DNA of 61,364 nucleotides, counting the filler, from Choristocarpus tenellus KU-1152 (Eukaryota; Protista; Phaeophyceae): NCBI GenBank assembly GCA_964200185.2. It is 10 parts of 10 records of this genome, joined end to end, with 100 filler letters (N's around TTAATTAATTAA, not from the genome) between each part and the next. Parts side by side here need not be neighbours in the genome. Positions count along the whole stretch, not along the records: positions 24,113 to 39,106 come from CAXNAD020001082.1; 9 more parts are not named here. One strand, 5' to 3'. Both the position numbers and the translations under genes were made by a program. Below, one piece after another: positions 25,115 through 39,206 of this stretch (positions are counted from its first letter, which is position 1; the number at the start of each line of letters is the position of its first letter). The notes beneath the pieces were generated by a model. It saw nothing but the letters and a program-made list of their open reading frames with translations. It was not told the DNA's origin and made no database searches.

Positions 25115-25900
25115 CACTTGAAATCAGGACTTTTCATCAGGCCGGGAAGTTAGCATGTCCACTGTCGACCATATAGTCAGGGGCCAGTCTATGGCCTGGG
25201 CATATTGAAACTGTCAATGGCCATGAACTCAGTCATATTCGAGCTTGGTAATACAGGGCCAATGGTGGCCCTGGTGGTCATGTTGAGTAAGTGATGGTCA
25301 TGGACTCGGAAATGTTCAAACTTGATTGTACCTGACTGGCCAGTGGCCAGTCATGTTGAATAAGCGATGGCCATGGACTCGGTCAGGTTAGAACATTTTA
25401 ACTATGACCGGTCAGGTAATATATTTGTTACACTTGGACCGTTCACATCATGGCCATACCCCCTATTTTATATTTCACCACTCTTGAATATTGTATCCTA
25501 AATTTCAAATTTCTACTACTGTAAGTACTAAATATATTATACTGTATATAGTGATATCTCTACATTATTTCACATTGTTTTATTTAGAACATTAAAATTG
25601 TAAAATTAATACAAATACATTTTGGGTGTCTAGGGTGATTTGTTATCACATTTACACTTGTATAACACATAGTGGACATGGTCCGGACATGCAAGGAAAG
25701 AAGTTAGAATGGCCGGCCAGTGGACAAGGGCCAGTACTGGACATATCAGAGACGGTTTGACCTGGTCTGGCTGACAGATATGGACCGGGACATGTTTAAA
25801 AATTGTGGGACCAGTCCGGACTTGGACATGGACTGGGACATGTGAAATAATTGTGGGATCATTCCGGCTGGTAGACGGGACTTTTCAAACTTGCTGATCG
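25115..25900. mobile_element. Non-coding insertion splitting Copia RT from RNase H (probable non-autonomous DNA transposon)
   Basis: The left arm repeats GGCCATGGACTC/CATGTCC motifs, the right arm carries inverted GGACATG motifs, and the centre is AT-rich; ends approximate. Confidence 0.5.
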
Positions 25901-28878
25901 AATGAAATGCCCTGCTTGAAATGGACGACCTACTCTCCTTACAATTGGCATATTCAGCATCAGCATAGCAATGAGCTGGTTTATAGGTCCATCCTCAAAA
26001 AGTTCAAAATCTCTCCAAAAGCGACACCTTTCTCTACAGTACTTAACAATATGCAATCTTTCACTCTGAATCCAATCATTCTGACATTGTTCCTCAACAC
26101 GAGATTCTAACTCATGAGCAGCAAAAGACACATCAGGTCTACTCACAATAGCTGCCCACTGCATTCCTCCAATCATGCGCCTATAACCATCTGAAACAGT
26201 CCCTTCCATCTCCACCTTCTTGGGAATTGTTAATACTTCCCTGGCAGTCCCAAGTCATTTGGCTACATTACCAATATATAACTCTGGTGCACTGTGAGTG
26301 TCCCAGAATTATAGTTCCTCCTCACCCTGCAGTCTTAGCAGGGTCATTGTTATGATCTGTAAGTCACTACAACAACATATTCCTCCCATTTCCTTGCTGT
26401 GAAGTTGGATCATTATCACCAAGGCAAATCACTATCCAACAGTTGATCCAAACGAACCATCTCCATATCCAAATATCCTCCTGAACCCCCCTTATCAACC
26501 ATGGGTTCCAGAACATTCTCACACAGCCCCAAATCAATTTCCTCCATCATCAAATCCCCTGACCCCAACAGAGGGGTACCCAACACAAGGTACTACTCAT
26601 GTTGGACCTTGTACTTATCCAGCATACCCTGGAATTCCGCACTCTTGAACTCTTTTCCCTTGCCAGTCAGTACTCACACACACAATATGCAGGTTCTCTG
26701 CATCTGTCACATCTCAAATAAAAGCCCAGAACACCTTGGCAGTTTCACTCTTTGATATCAGAATCAAATCCATCCCACCCCTGTCTTACCGATCATCAAC
26801 ATTTTGCATCAATATCCACTCAGGCAGCTCACCCTGACCTTAGGTCCACAAAGATACATGACAACCCTTCCCAAAGGTTCTCCAATTTGCTTGCATCACC
26901 TTGGGAACTAGTTTTTATGATGAGCCTTGCCGACAGTATATCCCTTGCAGTACTTCAAATTGCCAGTCAAAATAATGCTGCACTCCCTTGGCATACTTTC
27001 GTCCCACTGCCTCATAACAATGTCCCAGTTGCAGATGCATCTGATATATGTCAACATGTGTAGTGGGTCTCATTCCCTCATCCAACCCACATGAAACTGT
27101 TACAAATGCTGCAGCCCCTCCTAAGGCCAGCTCATCAGTTGTTTCGTCATTGACTCTAGTCGACCCCCCAGAATCATCTGATGTAGCTTCAACTTCTATA
27201 CTCCCTCTTGTTCATTGGAGAGCATGTACTTTGCATTGATACTATCCTTGAGGCAGGTCCCTCCTTCCCAAAACTTTCCCCGTGAGCGATGGTATGTTCT
27301 TCAACCCCCCATGGGTAAGCTCCTCAGTTGCTCAACCTCCACCTCTCATGCTGCAGTCATTCCAGTTAACCCCTCAAGATCAATGACATCTCTAGCCCCT
27401 TCCAGGTGAGGTCACCTACTCTTGCCCCCCCGATGGCAAGTGCAAATTCTGTCTTAGATCTCTACCAAGTCTGGTGGGTCAGGGGAAGTTGGTCTTCCTT
27501 CAGCTCTGTTGGGTAGCATTAACATGTTCCTCCGGCACGATTTCAATGTAATCAGGTCATCATAGTTCTTCCCAACTCTCCTCATGAACTTCAACCCTGA
27601 CCCTCCTCCAGAAGGGGTCAACCTAAAAGAACTCCCCTTACCAATACAGTTTCCTCCCCCAACTTGCGCCCTGGCTTCGATCATGGAGATTAGTTTGAAT
27701 AGAGAAACCCAGGGACATGAAACATTGTGAAGATCAAGTTTGAGACTTCCCCTTTTTGAACATGAAGTAAGGACAAATCCCCAATTAGAGATCCTTCCCA
27801 TCACCGACCATCACTGATACCCCTCCAACGGGTATTGGATCAATCAATATAGTGGCATTATTGATCATCTGCCCTGAACACCCACTATCAAAGAAACATA
27901 GATCATCCCATCCCTCAATACTGTCAACCCTCACCACTGAAAATCCTGCAAACTGCATTGGTGTACTGTCAGCCTTGCCTGCACCAGTCCCATCATTTCC
28001 CCTTTTGCCTTTCCTCTTTCTCCTGACCTTACCAGGATCTCCACTGTTTGGGCTCTGTCCCATTAGCCCTGGCATATTTTGAGCACCTATACACTTTGTG
28101 CCATGTTTCTCTGCGTGCATAGCATGGAACTGAGGGACAGGATGATTGGAAGTGTGACCCACCACACTATCAGCACTCCACATGTCCTGGCTGATGTTCT
28201 TGAAACTTCCCTGAACTTCAACCTGTCATAAACATGCCTTCTGACATTGGAGCCCCACCATTTCTACCTCCTTGCCTCAACTGGAGTCAACATCTCACTG
28301 CAAACGTTTCACAGGTTCCCTGCAACTCCAATCTTGCTGCCGGTCCCCCTCCCTTCACCTGCCGAATCACAATGAAGTCCTAGGCTGCCAAGGAGTTGGT
28401 TATGATGGGCACTCATTTGCTCATCTTCACTGGACCTGTCCCTTAGCAAAGTCGTTCTGACTATGATTTTGTCTTCGCCAGCTACCTCTTTCTGCAACCT
28501 TCAGGGTTAAATCTTCTAGCACTCACCCTGATGTGGTCTTCAACGAAAAGAACCTCCTTCCAGTCAACCTTGGAAGCGCACATCAGGAAGTACTGCCAAA
28601 TTGTAGAAACCTCGACCTTGATCTTCACCCGCATATTGCTCCACTTTGTTGGGTTACAGGATCAACCACTGCTGGCTCCTGCTGCACCTGTAATTGGGAT
28701 TTCAGTTCCATAAACCACACCCCCCACATCTTCATCTTGCTGACCTACATCATCACTGTCGAAATTATAATGACCTCCGTCTTGCTTGTTGGGGCTCCTC
28801 CCTCCTCAATCAAGTCACACTAGCTTTGAGATCTCAGTAAACTTTGAAGTGCACTAGCTACCGTATTCAAGAAGCTGG

Positions 28879-29237
28879 TGTTTCCAGGACTTGTGAATGT
28901 AATTGTTGATCATCTTTGTTAAGCTGGAGAGAAGGAACAGGGAGGAGTGATCTCACCCAGATCAGGATGGATGTCCTCTATACCACTCTCATTGTCAACT
29001 TATCTAAATCAACATCTTGAATGCTCAATCACTAGTCTGTTGTCAATTGAACACCATCCTCCCTGTATTTTATGGTGAACTCATCTCTCTACTCTGCATA
29101 ATAGAACAATTCTTATATTGACATTTATCTGTGAATATTCTACTAGTGTTCTATATAACTCAATCATATTGCTTCTCTACCCTAATGATCTCTTACTTCA
29201 TATTCTCTCACACAAGAGTTCAGGCATACTCTTCATA
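28879..29237 (-). repeat. 5' LTR of the Copia element
   Basis: TGTTTCCAGGACTTGTG...CTACTAGTGTTCTATATAACTC...ACTCTTCATA; visibly diverged from the partner LTR. Confidence 0.88.
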
Positions 29238-29949
29238 CTGTCATTTCCTTGTGACTATGCTTGATCACTGATGTCATATATTGGCACCCTGCACTAAATC
29301 CTTGGTCATTAGCCCATGGGTTCACCGACACAAACTCCCTTCAGACAGTGATACTTGGCTCTCAATTCACTTGGTGTGTCTTAAGAGGTTTTATTATTTG
29401 TCTTTCATTACTTGTGAACTCCTGCGCTTATAGATCGAACTCCACAATAGAGTTCAGTTCTGAATGGAAAAATTGGAATTGAAAGCATGTGGGACTCTCG
29501 CTACTCTGTACCACCAGATGTCCAGAACTACGCTACTTCAAGAAGGTCCAGATCTTTCTGTCCTTCTCAACCACATCAAGACTTTTCTTAGAGTTGTAGA
29601 AGATTTCCTTCTAGAGTGTTTCGTTTTGTCCTGAACTGCCAAATGCAATTCCTTGTGTTCTGCCAGCCCCAGAACATGATTTGGAGCAGTTGTATGGTGC
29701 GACTACTAACAACCCCACTCACCATGCCAAGCATTCCATACTCCAACAACTTGGAAACCAATCAGAACATCTAATCAGAACGTATACTTTGATCATTTGT
29801 TCAATGAAACCCATGCAAATCTCAGCTACGTCCAAGTTGGTCCCCCCTTGAATATGTTTACTCAGATAACCCCTTTCGACTATTCCTACATTAGCTAGAC
29901 TACAATGTTTTTTGTTCATGATTGCACTGATGTACCAATGAAAAGGTGT

Positions 29950-31100
29950 TACATCAAGCGCCCTTTCCAGAGTACATCCATACTCTGCTTTTCCATTCTG
30001 ATGTGTTCTACACTGATTATTTAATTCTGCACCACCCCACGAGTGAATTTATACCTCTTATCTGTATGTTTGGTATGATGACTACCGATAGGATTGTAAT
30101 TCAGCTTGATCACCCCCTCATTGTCTTTATATAGATTTATTGTGTTCTCCTTAGTTTTGGCACCATGAACCACACTACTTGTCACTGGAACATGATGTAT
30201 TTCACCATTTCTCCCAATACTGTATACTCTGCCTCCATACTTGACATTGCCATCTCCTGAATTCTCACAGAATTTTGCCACTGACTGTACCGACCGAGTC
30301 TGCAATGTCCAGTCGAGTCATGATGCTCACACCAGCACCCCCAGTAGGGTATTTTCGGCATTACTTCTAAACAGTCGAATTCAGGTAAAACTTTGTGGAT
30401 AGTGTTGTCATCTGTGACGCTGGAACTATGCTGGTCTTTGTAGTATTGAAACTTTTTGTGATGGTTTGACTGTAGATGTGCTGATCCATTTTTAGTTTCT
30501 TCTGGTCACGGTCATGGCAGATGTGACAGCCGAAGTAGAAGCTCACTTCCGCAAGATCCTTGATCGTCAACTTTGTTCTCACATCTCTCACAAACTGCTT
30601 CATTATAGTAGTGCTGATAGTGCACACCAGGATGTCATCAACATGTATGCTGACTATTTTTTCCACTTCACCATCAACAGTCCTTCATAACACACAAGGG
30701 CCAGCTTTAGATTGTTCAAATCCTAGTGTTATCAATGAGTTTGTGAGTATGCAGTTCAAGTTCTGTTATGCCAGGACTAATCCATAGATGGAACAGTTTA
30801 GTTCGACATCAGCCCTGGGAAACTTCTGGTACTGCTCCAGTGACTCATAAAGATTTCTTCCTCCACTGATGCGCGAGTGAATGCTTGTTCCACATATCCA
30901 GATGTCTTAGCTCCAGATCATTCATTGTTGCCAGCATCATCCAGATGCTTGCTGCTAATGGTGTTGGTTAAAACTTTTCCATGTAGTCCAGTCCGGGGAT
31001 TCGCTGGAAGCCTTGCACCACAAATGGGCACATGTATCTGTCTCACAGTTCACCTTTCTGATCCACTTTTCTCTTAAATTCTTCCTCTGTTCGGAATTAA
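29950..31100 (-). mobile_element. Second Ty1/Copia RT-RNase H relic
   Basis: FKRKVDQKG...VVQGFQRIPGLDY, SIYGL, VSIHVDDILV, IKDLAEVSFYFG, NPIGSHHTKHTDKRYKFTR. Confidence 0.9.
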
Positions 31101-31109
31101 ATGTAACAT

Positions 31110-32704
31110 AACTTTTCCAAGGTCCATTCTTGGCTAGGAATGGCCCACATGATAATGATAAACCTCGTGTGGACTTGGCTTAGTTCTCGTATAGATTGGG
31201 AGGTGTGTGCAACGTTTGAGATGTTGGCTGTATGACTGGATCATCACCTGAAAGTCAATAAAATCGCATTTGACCAGCTGCAAAAACCTCGTGAAGCTGT
31301 CGAAGCGGATATTTATTGGAATGTCAACGACCAAGACCCTCGATCATTCGAGCGTCTTGCTCATCCCGCTCGTCAATCCCAACTCTTCGGGCCAGAAGTC
31401 TGTCCAGATGTCAGGACGCAAACACCCTGGTGAAGAACAGCGTGGTGGCAAGATGCCTTGAGACTCAGATGCCTGGGGTGATGGCAACGGCCATTGCCAA
31501 GGTCTTCGGAATTTCCAGAATCACTGTGTTCCGTCATCTGAAGGAGTATGACAGCCAGGTTGCATGGGGTGAATGCATGGACCTTGTATGACGTCGTAAG
31601 GGGTAATATGGTTGCCGTACAAGTATCCTCCACGTTTGGGATGTCCCATTCCTACACCACACATCGTTCCGTGTATGAGGTGCCAAAGCTGGAGAGTCTC
31701 CCTTGCCTCGTTGTGGGATCTGTGCCAGTGCGCAAGGTGAAGAAGGCCAAGTGGTGGATTAAGCCAGTCCTCTCTGACCAGTAGAAAGTCACAGGGTGGG
31801 TTTCATAATTAGCCACGGGGGGAAATGGAATATTATTGAACGATCTATATGACTGGGTGCATGTGGGCGATAAGTGGTTCTACATCCTCAAAGATGGCCA
31901 AGGTGTGTACCTGCATCCCACTGGGGACCCCAAACTCTTAGTGGCACAGAATAAGTGTTACATTACGAAGGTGATGTTCCTTGTAGTTGTGGCCTGCCCT
32001 AGGAACCTCTCCAACGGACTGTTGTTCGATGGGAAAATTGGGATCTGGTCAATTGTGGACAAAGGTCACTCAGCCCTCCAGCAAACACTGCCACAAATGC
32101 ACGAAGGTGCTTCTTGTGCCAGCCACAGTGGACGGGGAGAGGTATAAAAAGCTTATGATTGAGGATGTCATCCCGACAATCAAGGCCCACAAGCCGAGGC
32201 TAAAAAAACACCATATTCGTGTAGCAGGATGGTCCAAACCACACAACAATGGGGGAATCATGATGGCAATTGACGAGGGGGTGGGGGATGACATTGTCAT
32301 AGAGACCCAGATAGCCAACTCACTTGACCTCAATGTCAACAATGTGGGATAGTTTCATCCCATCCAGGAACTGAAGGAAGGCTTGGGGGTGACCAACACA
32401 GAGGAGCTGGTGGAGGCCATGCCGTAGTTGTTTGATGTGTACTCCTGAGAGGCACTAAAGTGCATCTGCCAGAGCCTCTTGGCAGTATACGAAGGAGTAC
32501 TGATGTCCAAACGTGACATCTTCGAAGTTCCCCATCTTAGCAAGGAAAAGGCTGAGAAGGAGGATATGCTCCCCCGAATGCCCTGGTGGATGCGGCGAAA
32601 TACTATGCTGGAATGGAGTTTTGGAGACTTCAGCAGTGGAATCAATAGTTCTTGGCAACAGTTCTTACTTACATCATGCCAAGCTTTCAGTGCATAGAGG
32701 GTAG
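31110..32704 (+). mobile_element. Second decayed DD39D-like mariner transposase pseudogene
   Basis: HTH AIAKVFGISRITVFRHLK; DWVHVGDKWFY, NKCYITKVMFLVVVACPR, FDGKIGIW, EDVIPTIKA, QIANSLDLNVNNVG*F, FEVPHLSKEK. Confidence 0.92.
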
Positions 32705-34649
32705 GTAGGGGTCATCAAGATCTTCTGTCTAGAAGAGGCACAGCCAATACTGGAGTAGTAGGACAGGTATTGCCACTGAGGGAAATGGTGTCAGAGGGCT
32801 CTCTCTACCTACCAGACTAAACTCTTTCAGCTCACGTCGACTAATGTAGATTAGTTCGCCACAATGCACACCTTCTTGGGTGCAAAGACAATTGGACACG
32901 ACCTTGAAGGACAGTGTGAACCCTCTTTGTGTGGGTGGTGAAAACTTCAGCAAGGGTGCGGGAGTAAAAGATTAGATATCCTTAAGGACAAAAATGTTTT
33001 CGACATACTCTTTAGGAGTGCAGATCACTTGTACCCAAGCAACTGTTTGTAACGTGTTGCCCCCGTTGGAAGCATGGAAGCAACTGACAGGATATTTTCT
33101 TTTTTAGGTCAGATGAGGATTGCACATCTCCAGAGATTGTTGACTCTAAATATGCCTACGGGCTCAGTCAGTCCCTCAGTATACCTTGACAAAGATGATG
33201 AAATGGGTTGGCCTATCGGCAATGATGGAGCATCTATGTTCACTCCTACACTTTAAATCGCCATGCTGGACTGTTTTGGAGTTGATTGCATGATTGCCAA
33301 ACATCATCTACAATGTGATCAAAATGATTGGTGGACTTGAGCATTTATAGAGGCTGCCTGCTCCAGACACCGAGGTCTGCAGAGGTAAGAAGAGAACTGT
33401 GGAGGACCTGGGAGTGCCCTTGTCATGAACAGAAATTGGCACTACTGGGGAGGAGGGCATTACATGGGTATGTCCAGTTTTTAAGTGTGGAAGGTGTGGA
33501 TTCTCGCCACACAGCAATATTCTGCGCTATTTGGAGGTGATTGCCTTGACTGTGGTGAGGAAGGACATCTGAAATCTGTGTATCACATGGGGATGGTGAT
33601 CCTCTCTGATAAACTGGAGGTTTGAACTGGGCCTGAGGAACAGTCCAGCAGGAGCAGCAACACCCCCCGGAGATTCCAAGGTCTCCCTGGGTGCTGTGAC
33701 CAACAAGGATAGGTGCAAGAAGTCAGCTTTGAGAAGAGGTGTTTTGACTCAGGGGCATCCATGGGTATGACAAATGGTGCAACACACATTTATTACTTTC
33801 CCCTTGGTCATGATGGGTATGTGTATGGCCATTGCCAATGACACACCAACACTAAATGAGGGTTGCAAAGTGCTTGGTCTCAAAATAAAAGTAGACCAAG
33901 AGGAATAAATTGAAGTGACGATAAAGTCTGTAGCTCTTGTTCACGGTCTTACATCCAATCTTCTTTCCTCTCACTCCGCCGGTGCGTCAGGTGGAGTAAC
34001 AATCACATTAACTCACGGCACATACCTTGTCTCTGATTGGGAGGGGTGTCCACTCAAACTGATTGGGATCATGGCATGTACGCAGCAGTAGCCATGCGTG
34101 TGAATACCCCAGAAAATTTTCCCCCTGTTGAGGAAAGTGTGTCTCCCACCTGTATAATCCCTCCCCCCTCACACCTACCCCAAAAATGGTATGACAGGTC
34201 CACGCTCAGTCTAGGAGCTGGGGGTGATGGTATCTCCTGGACTGATAGGGGGTACAAGGAAGATATGAGGTTGGTGGTATTGCATGAGGATGGTATCTTC
34301 TGATATGATGAGGGTACAAGGAGGTTATGAGAATTGGATTCCTGGATTACTGGCAGAACAGGAAGTGAAGAGGAGGTCAGCAAGGAGGACAATGTCAACA
34401 GAAGAAGAAAGGAACTTCAACGATTAGAGACAGGAGACAGCCTTGAAAACATTCTGGACACACCAGATCTGGTAGCTGTGCTAATTTAATTCCTCTAACT
34501 TATCAGCTATATCTCCTGTTTTCAAGATGTCATGAGTAATATTTCGAAGCATTAGTCTGCAACCAATGGGACTACCCATGTTGTATGTGCAAATGATGAT
34601 AATACTAAGTATTTCAGTTGATGAGCCCTCCTGAACCCAAGACTGCAAA

Positions 34650-35420
34650 AGTGGCACACAATTCTACCAAATGTTTGTTGTGGGATAGGGCTAGAGCAGA
34701 GGTATCTGGTTGATAGATAAATATATGATAGTTTGACGGAGGCCAATTTCCTCCTGTATGAGGGAGGGCAATTGATGCTAAGTGCATATACACTGGCATA
34801 ATACTAATAAGTTTGGAGAGGTAGAGAGTGAGGTATGTGGCGTGTCCAGTAGCAATATATTTATGACAGATTGACGGATTAGATTGAGGGATTAAATTTC
34901 CAAGAAAATTTCGTCCTGACACCATCACCTGCTTTGATGAGAATGGTTTTAACTTCAGGTACACTGGAACAATCACGCAAGCATTTATTCAGGCTAAGAT
35001 TATGGAGAAGATATAACTCGGTTTTGTGAAGGATATGGTTCATGATTGCGTAGGATTTGTATACTGAAAGTATGGACCAAAGCAAGTAGGCAGTAAGTTA
35101 AAGAAACTTACCAGTGCATGCTTCGAAGCAGTGTGGTTTAAAGGGTTGCAGTGCAGATCTTTGTGTTCTACGTTATCTACAAAATGGCAAAGTGTGTGTA
35201 GTGATAGCCTCCCACGCTGATGACCTTATGGCTGCAGGAATGCAAGATGTTCTGATTTGGGTATGCTGTAGAATTGAGGACCAGCTTTTGATTGACGTTT
35301 TTGAGAGTTGGAGTACTATGAAGGGTGTGAGATTTCATGTCACAGGAATGTAAGAGCACTAGCATTAGTCAGTCTATGCACATTCAGAACATTGATAAGT
35401 GTTTTGGTATGAATGGGGCA
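34650..35420 (+). mobile_element. Third Ty1/Copia RT relic, opposite orientation
   Basis: GLKGCSADLCVLRYLQNGKVCVVIASHADDLMAAG (decayed YVDD motif region). Confidence 0.7.
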
Positions 35421-35957
35421 AGAAGTCTGTTGTGTGTTGAATGGGAATGTTTGCAATATATCTGTGACAGCAGCAGCAACTGCAACATTATGGCATAATG
35501 CCATAGCAGGGAAGTTAAGGTTGGGTGTGGCGATGGTTCCAGCCTGAGACAGATTGATGTTGTGGTTCTGGGCCTTTCTTCTGGATAGGAGGGTAGACCA
35601 AGCCATTTGGTTGCAGCCCAAGGCACCTGCAGCCACCAAAGGGAGGTCAATCCCCCACCCCCAGAGTGTCAGGGAGAGGGGGGTACCCAATTGCACATTG
35701 CAGTTATGTAAGTTTCAAAGACATGACTGAGCATATGGGGTGGCCCCTGGTGCATAGTAGTGTGCTTTCTCAATCCCTATGCTGGAGCTACCACTACAGG
35801 TCATGGTGGAGCCTAGGAGAAGGAGTGTCAGTGTGATGCTATCCATAAGGCTTCTCTCTCTCTCTCTCTCTAGCAAATACAAGCTGGGTGCGAGGGCTTG
35901 CTTACTGTAGGTGGTCTGTAAGCTGTAAGATTATTTCCATGCAGCTCAAGACCCCAC

Positions 35958-35968
35958 TTCTAATACCA
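35958..35968 (-). promoter_or_regulatory. Probable tRNA-iMet primer-binding site beside an LTR edge at 35970
   Basis: The minus strand reads ...CAACA-T-TGGTATTAGA, close to the canonical CA-n-TGGTATCAGA. Confidence 0.45.
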
Positions 35969-38900
35969 ATGTTGAACTTGTGAGAGTTGTGAACAAGGTG
36001 GGGGCGACACCTGTTAAGACCAAGCCCCAAAGCTGTAACCCAACCCCCGTACCTACAACCCTGATGATTAGAACATGCTGACTATTTTTGTGGGGTTGCT
36101 AGTACTCTCTCTGGATAAGAGACTGTTCCTCTAGTGTTTGGATGGAGTATGACAGGAATGGCGTTGGAGGTGGCAAGGGATGCCACACTGCCACCATGAG
36201 CAAGAATTCCAGAGCGGTCAGTGTGGCTCTTGGGGGTGTGGTGAGGATGACTGCATAAAGGTCTTTCTTCCCTTGAGGCAGATGTTGCTGAGTTTTTGCA
36301 TGATATGGAAAGGAGGACATACATAAGGCAGTACTGTTGAGAGTAGAACATAGCCACTCAAAGCACCTTGATACAGAGAGTGACGGTAAGATGGCACCCA
36401 CCTTTTCTGCAGCTGATGTTATATTTGTAACCAGGGTGTGTAAGAGGGGTAGCGCACTGAAGTTGGTGAGCACTTGGACTGGGCTGTGATAGATCCTACT
36501 TAAGCTCTTCCTGTTTACCAGGTCCAGAATATATTATTCTGGAGCACTGGGGGAGGTACATGTCCTGACTTATTTTTTTAATGCAATTGGAGATTTGGAT
36601 GTAACCATGTGATCAAAGGCGAGATATCAATATGTAACCTGGGCAAAAAGTGGAAACATAAAATATTGGAAACGACTGTCATCCTAAAAGTGTGTAATGT
36701 GGTGGGTGGGCTGGGCATGAAATGTTCATAGACTGGCTTGGTATGAGGAGGATGTGATGTCATGTTTGGGTTCTGTTCTAAGGGATTCCACTGCATTCTT
36801 GAGAAAGCAGGCAAAGAAGATGAACCTGCACGTCAATATGCAGCAAGCACCTAGTCAAAGTTGTTATAAGATTGATACTTGAATCCTTACAGTTTTTGCC
36901 ATGATTTTTTTGGTCTTATTTAAATTTCAGCTGTGTTTTTCAATTTTTTCAAGTTCATATTGGATTCAGGAGAGATTTGAAATCTGTGTTTTTGTCGACC
37001 TTGCATTTGCCACTTTGTATTGGTATTTAGGCATGATGGGCTCTGGAGTGTGTTGCAGAAGGTGTATCCTACAGTTCGAATTCCAGATGGAGTATCAAAG
37101 ATTTAGAATCTACAACAAAGAAACCAAAATATAGAGATGTTAATTCAAAAATGGTTAAATATACACTGAACTTTGCAGTATGGGTGCAGTGCTTAAATCT
37201 GAGGGAAGATCCATTACTCTGTTCTAAATCCATGTTGATGTTTTAATAAGGTCTTTTGGTGTTAGTACTTATTTTGCTTTCTTGAGCTTGTTTGATCTGA
37301 GAGCAAAGACTCACTCTTCATAAAACAACTCAACATAAAAGCATACACCGGAAGCGCATGGAGGGGAAAATCCTATGGTAGACCAACTGTGGTTGCAGTG
37401 TTCATGCACTTGCTGTGTATATATTATGTATGAAATCCTCAACTTGTTTGCATAGAGCAGCTCATTTTTGCTTGAATATTTATACTCTGAAATTCATGCA
37501 GGTTTATACATCTAATCAGGAGGAAATAGGACTCAAACATCCTGGCAGCTCCATGGCCATTGTGGTCAGGGCCACTTAAAGCTTAAGCAATCAACTTTTC
37601 CTTGTGTGATGTAAGGTGCTTAAGGGCACAATATTGGTGGAGGGGTGGAGCAGCAGTCCTGACAATGAATGATTCACTTCCAGAGAGTGACAATGGGGGT
37701 GTCATCATTCTTGTCACTTGTCTAGATGAGAAATCATTGATGGTGCACTATGATTAAGAGGCGTAACAGTACAGGTGTACAATGTTGAAGTATCCCACAC
37801 TGGATCCGAGGCTTTGGTGCTTTAATGAAGGACAAAGAACAGCATAATGTAGATGAGCAAAGTTAATATTACAAGAGGGCTTATGGTCTCAATTCCGCTG
37901 ACTGAGAACGTGGGTAAGACCAGTGTTGATTGCCATGAGGGGTTTGCAATGTCCACATGGATAATCAGAAAAGAATATTATAATCAGAAAAGAATACTGC
38001 AATCAGAAAAAGACTATATTAAGAAAAGAATACTATCACTGCATCATATATGATATGTGCAGACTTCAACTAAGATATACCGAAATATATCTCTATCTCT
38101 ACTTTTCTTCCATTACTCCGTTATTCCACTGGTGGTGTTTATCTTTCCTATCTTCTCCACTGATGGTGTTTATAGTGTATCAGCAGCACTATCTATGAGC
38201 ATACAATCCATTGCAACTTGTAAGTGGAATTGGATCATTTGAATCAGATTTCTCTGAAAGAAGTCTGGCATTAATGGGTTTCAAACCTGTGGCAATATAT
38301 AATACATACTGTTTTAGAGATGCAACAAGTACTACTGCTACGAGAGGATTAGGATGGATTGATGGATAAAACAGAGGGACCGAACTTGTGGATTTCGGAG
38401 AAGCTGGTGGGAGTGGCCATGAAAGCAGGCAACTTAGACTTCACACAAGATAGGAAGTTATTCATGCCATTCAATTTAGACCAGAAGTTGTGTGTGGAAC
38501 AAAGTCCTCGAAGGAATGGACTGGATGGGTGTCCAGGTTGCACGATTACACCTGGATAGGGGCATGAAACTCTGAACCAGGCACTTGTCCGAAGAAAGCT
38601 AGACATGACAGGTTATCCTTCTGCTAAGATCTTGGAGAAGGTGATATCTTTCGGTAGATTTAGCTCTCCAATGGTGCACATGACCTAGATTGCAGTACTG
38701 CATCATCTGTTTTTGCCGATGACTAGGACTACTTTATTTGCTACCATACATCCTGCCCACCTTGAATATCTGGACCCACTATCTTGCCACTAAAGAATGA
38801 TTGTGCACAAACTGATTGACTGACTCCCTGTGCAAACTTTGACTGGGTCTAGGGAGCAGAATCACTGAGGAGTGTAGACAGGCATCTCTGATGGGCACAT

Positions 38901-39206
38901 TATCCTCATCTTGAGATGATGACAAAGGAAAAAGTCAAGATCTTACTTATCAAATGGAAGATTTATGTTGTGAATCAGCAAAATTCAGTCAAGAACGTCC
39001 ATTAAAAAAAACCCTGCATGAGGCTCTCACTAGAATTCACCAATGGGAGGAGGTGGCTGAGGAGCACCTATGATATGACTATAGTATGGGGGGTTCAATC
39101 ACTGCCNNNNNNNNNNNNNNNNNNNNNNNNNNNNNNNNNNNNNNNNNNNNTTAATTAATTAANNNNNNNNNNNNNNNNNNNNNNNNNNNNNNNNNNNNNN
39201 NNNNNN

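Larger units (their letters stand above)
24276..29237 (-). mobile_element. Decayed Ty1/Copia LTR retrotransposon with both LTRs
   Basis: Protease CFFDSGCSGQM (~27870-27900); RT AAIVSRPDVSFAAHEL (~26110-26160); RNase H DWWSRKQKTVTQSTVEAEYIA, RTKHISIQ and HADLFTKGL (~24760-25090); many stops and frameshifts. Confidence 0.9.
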
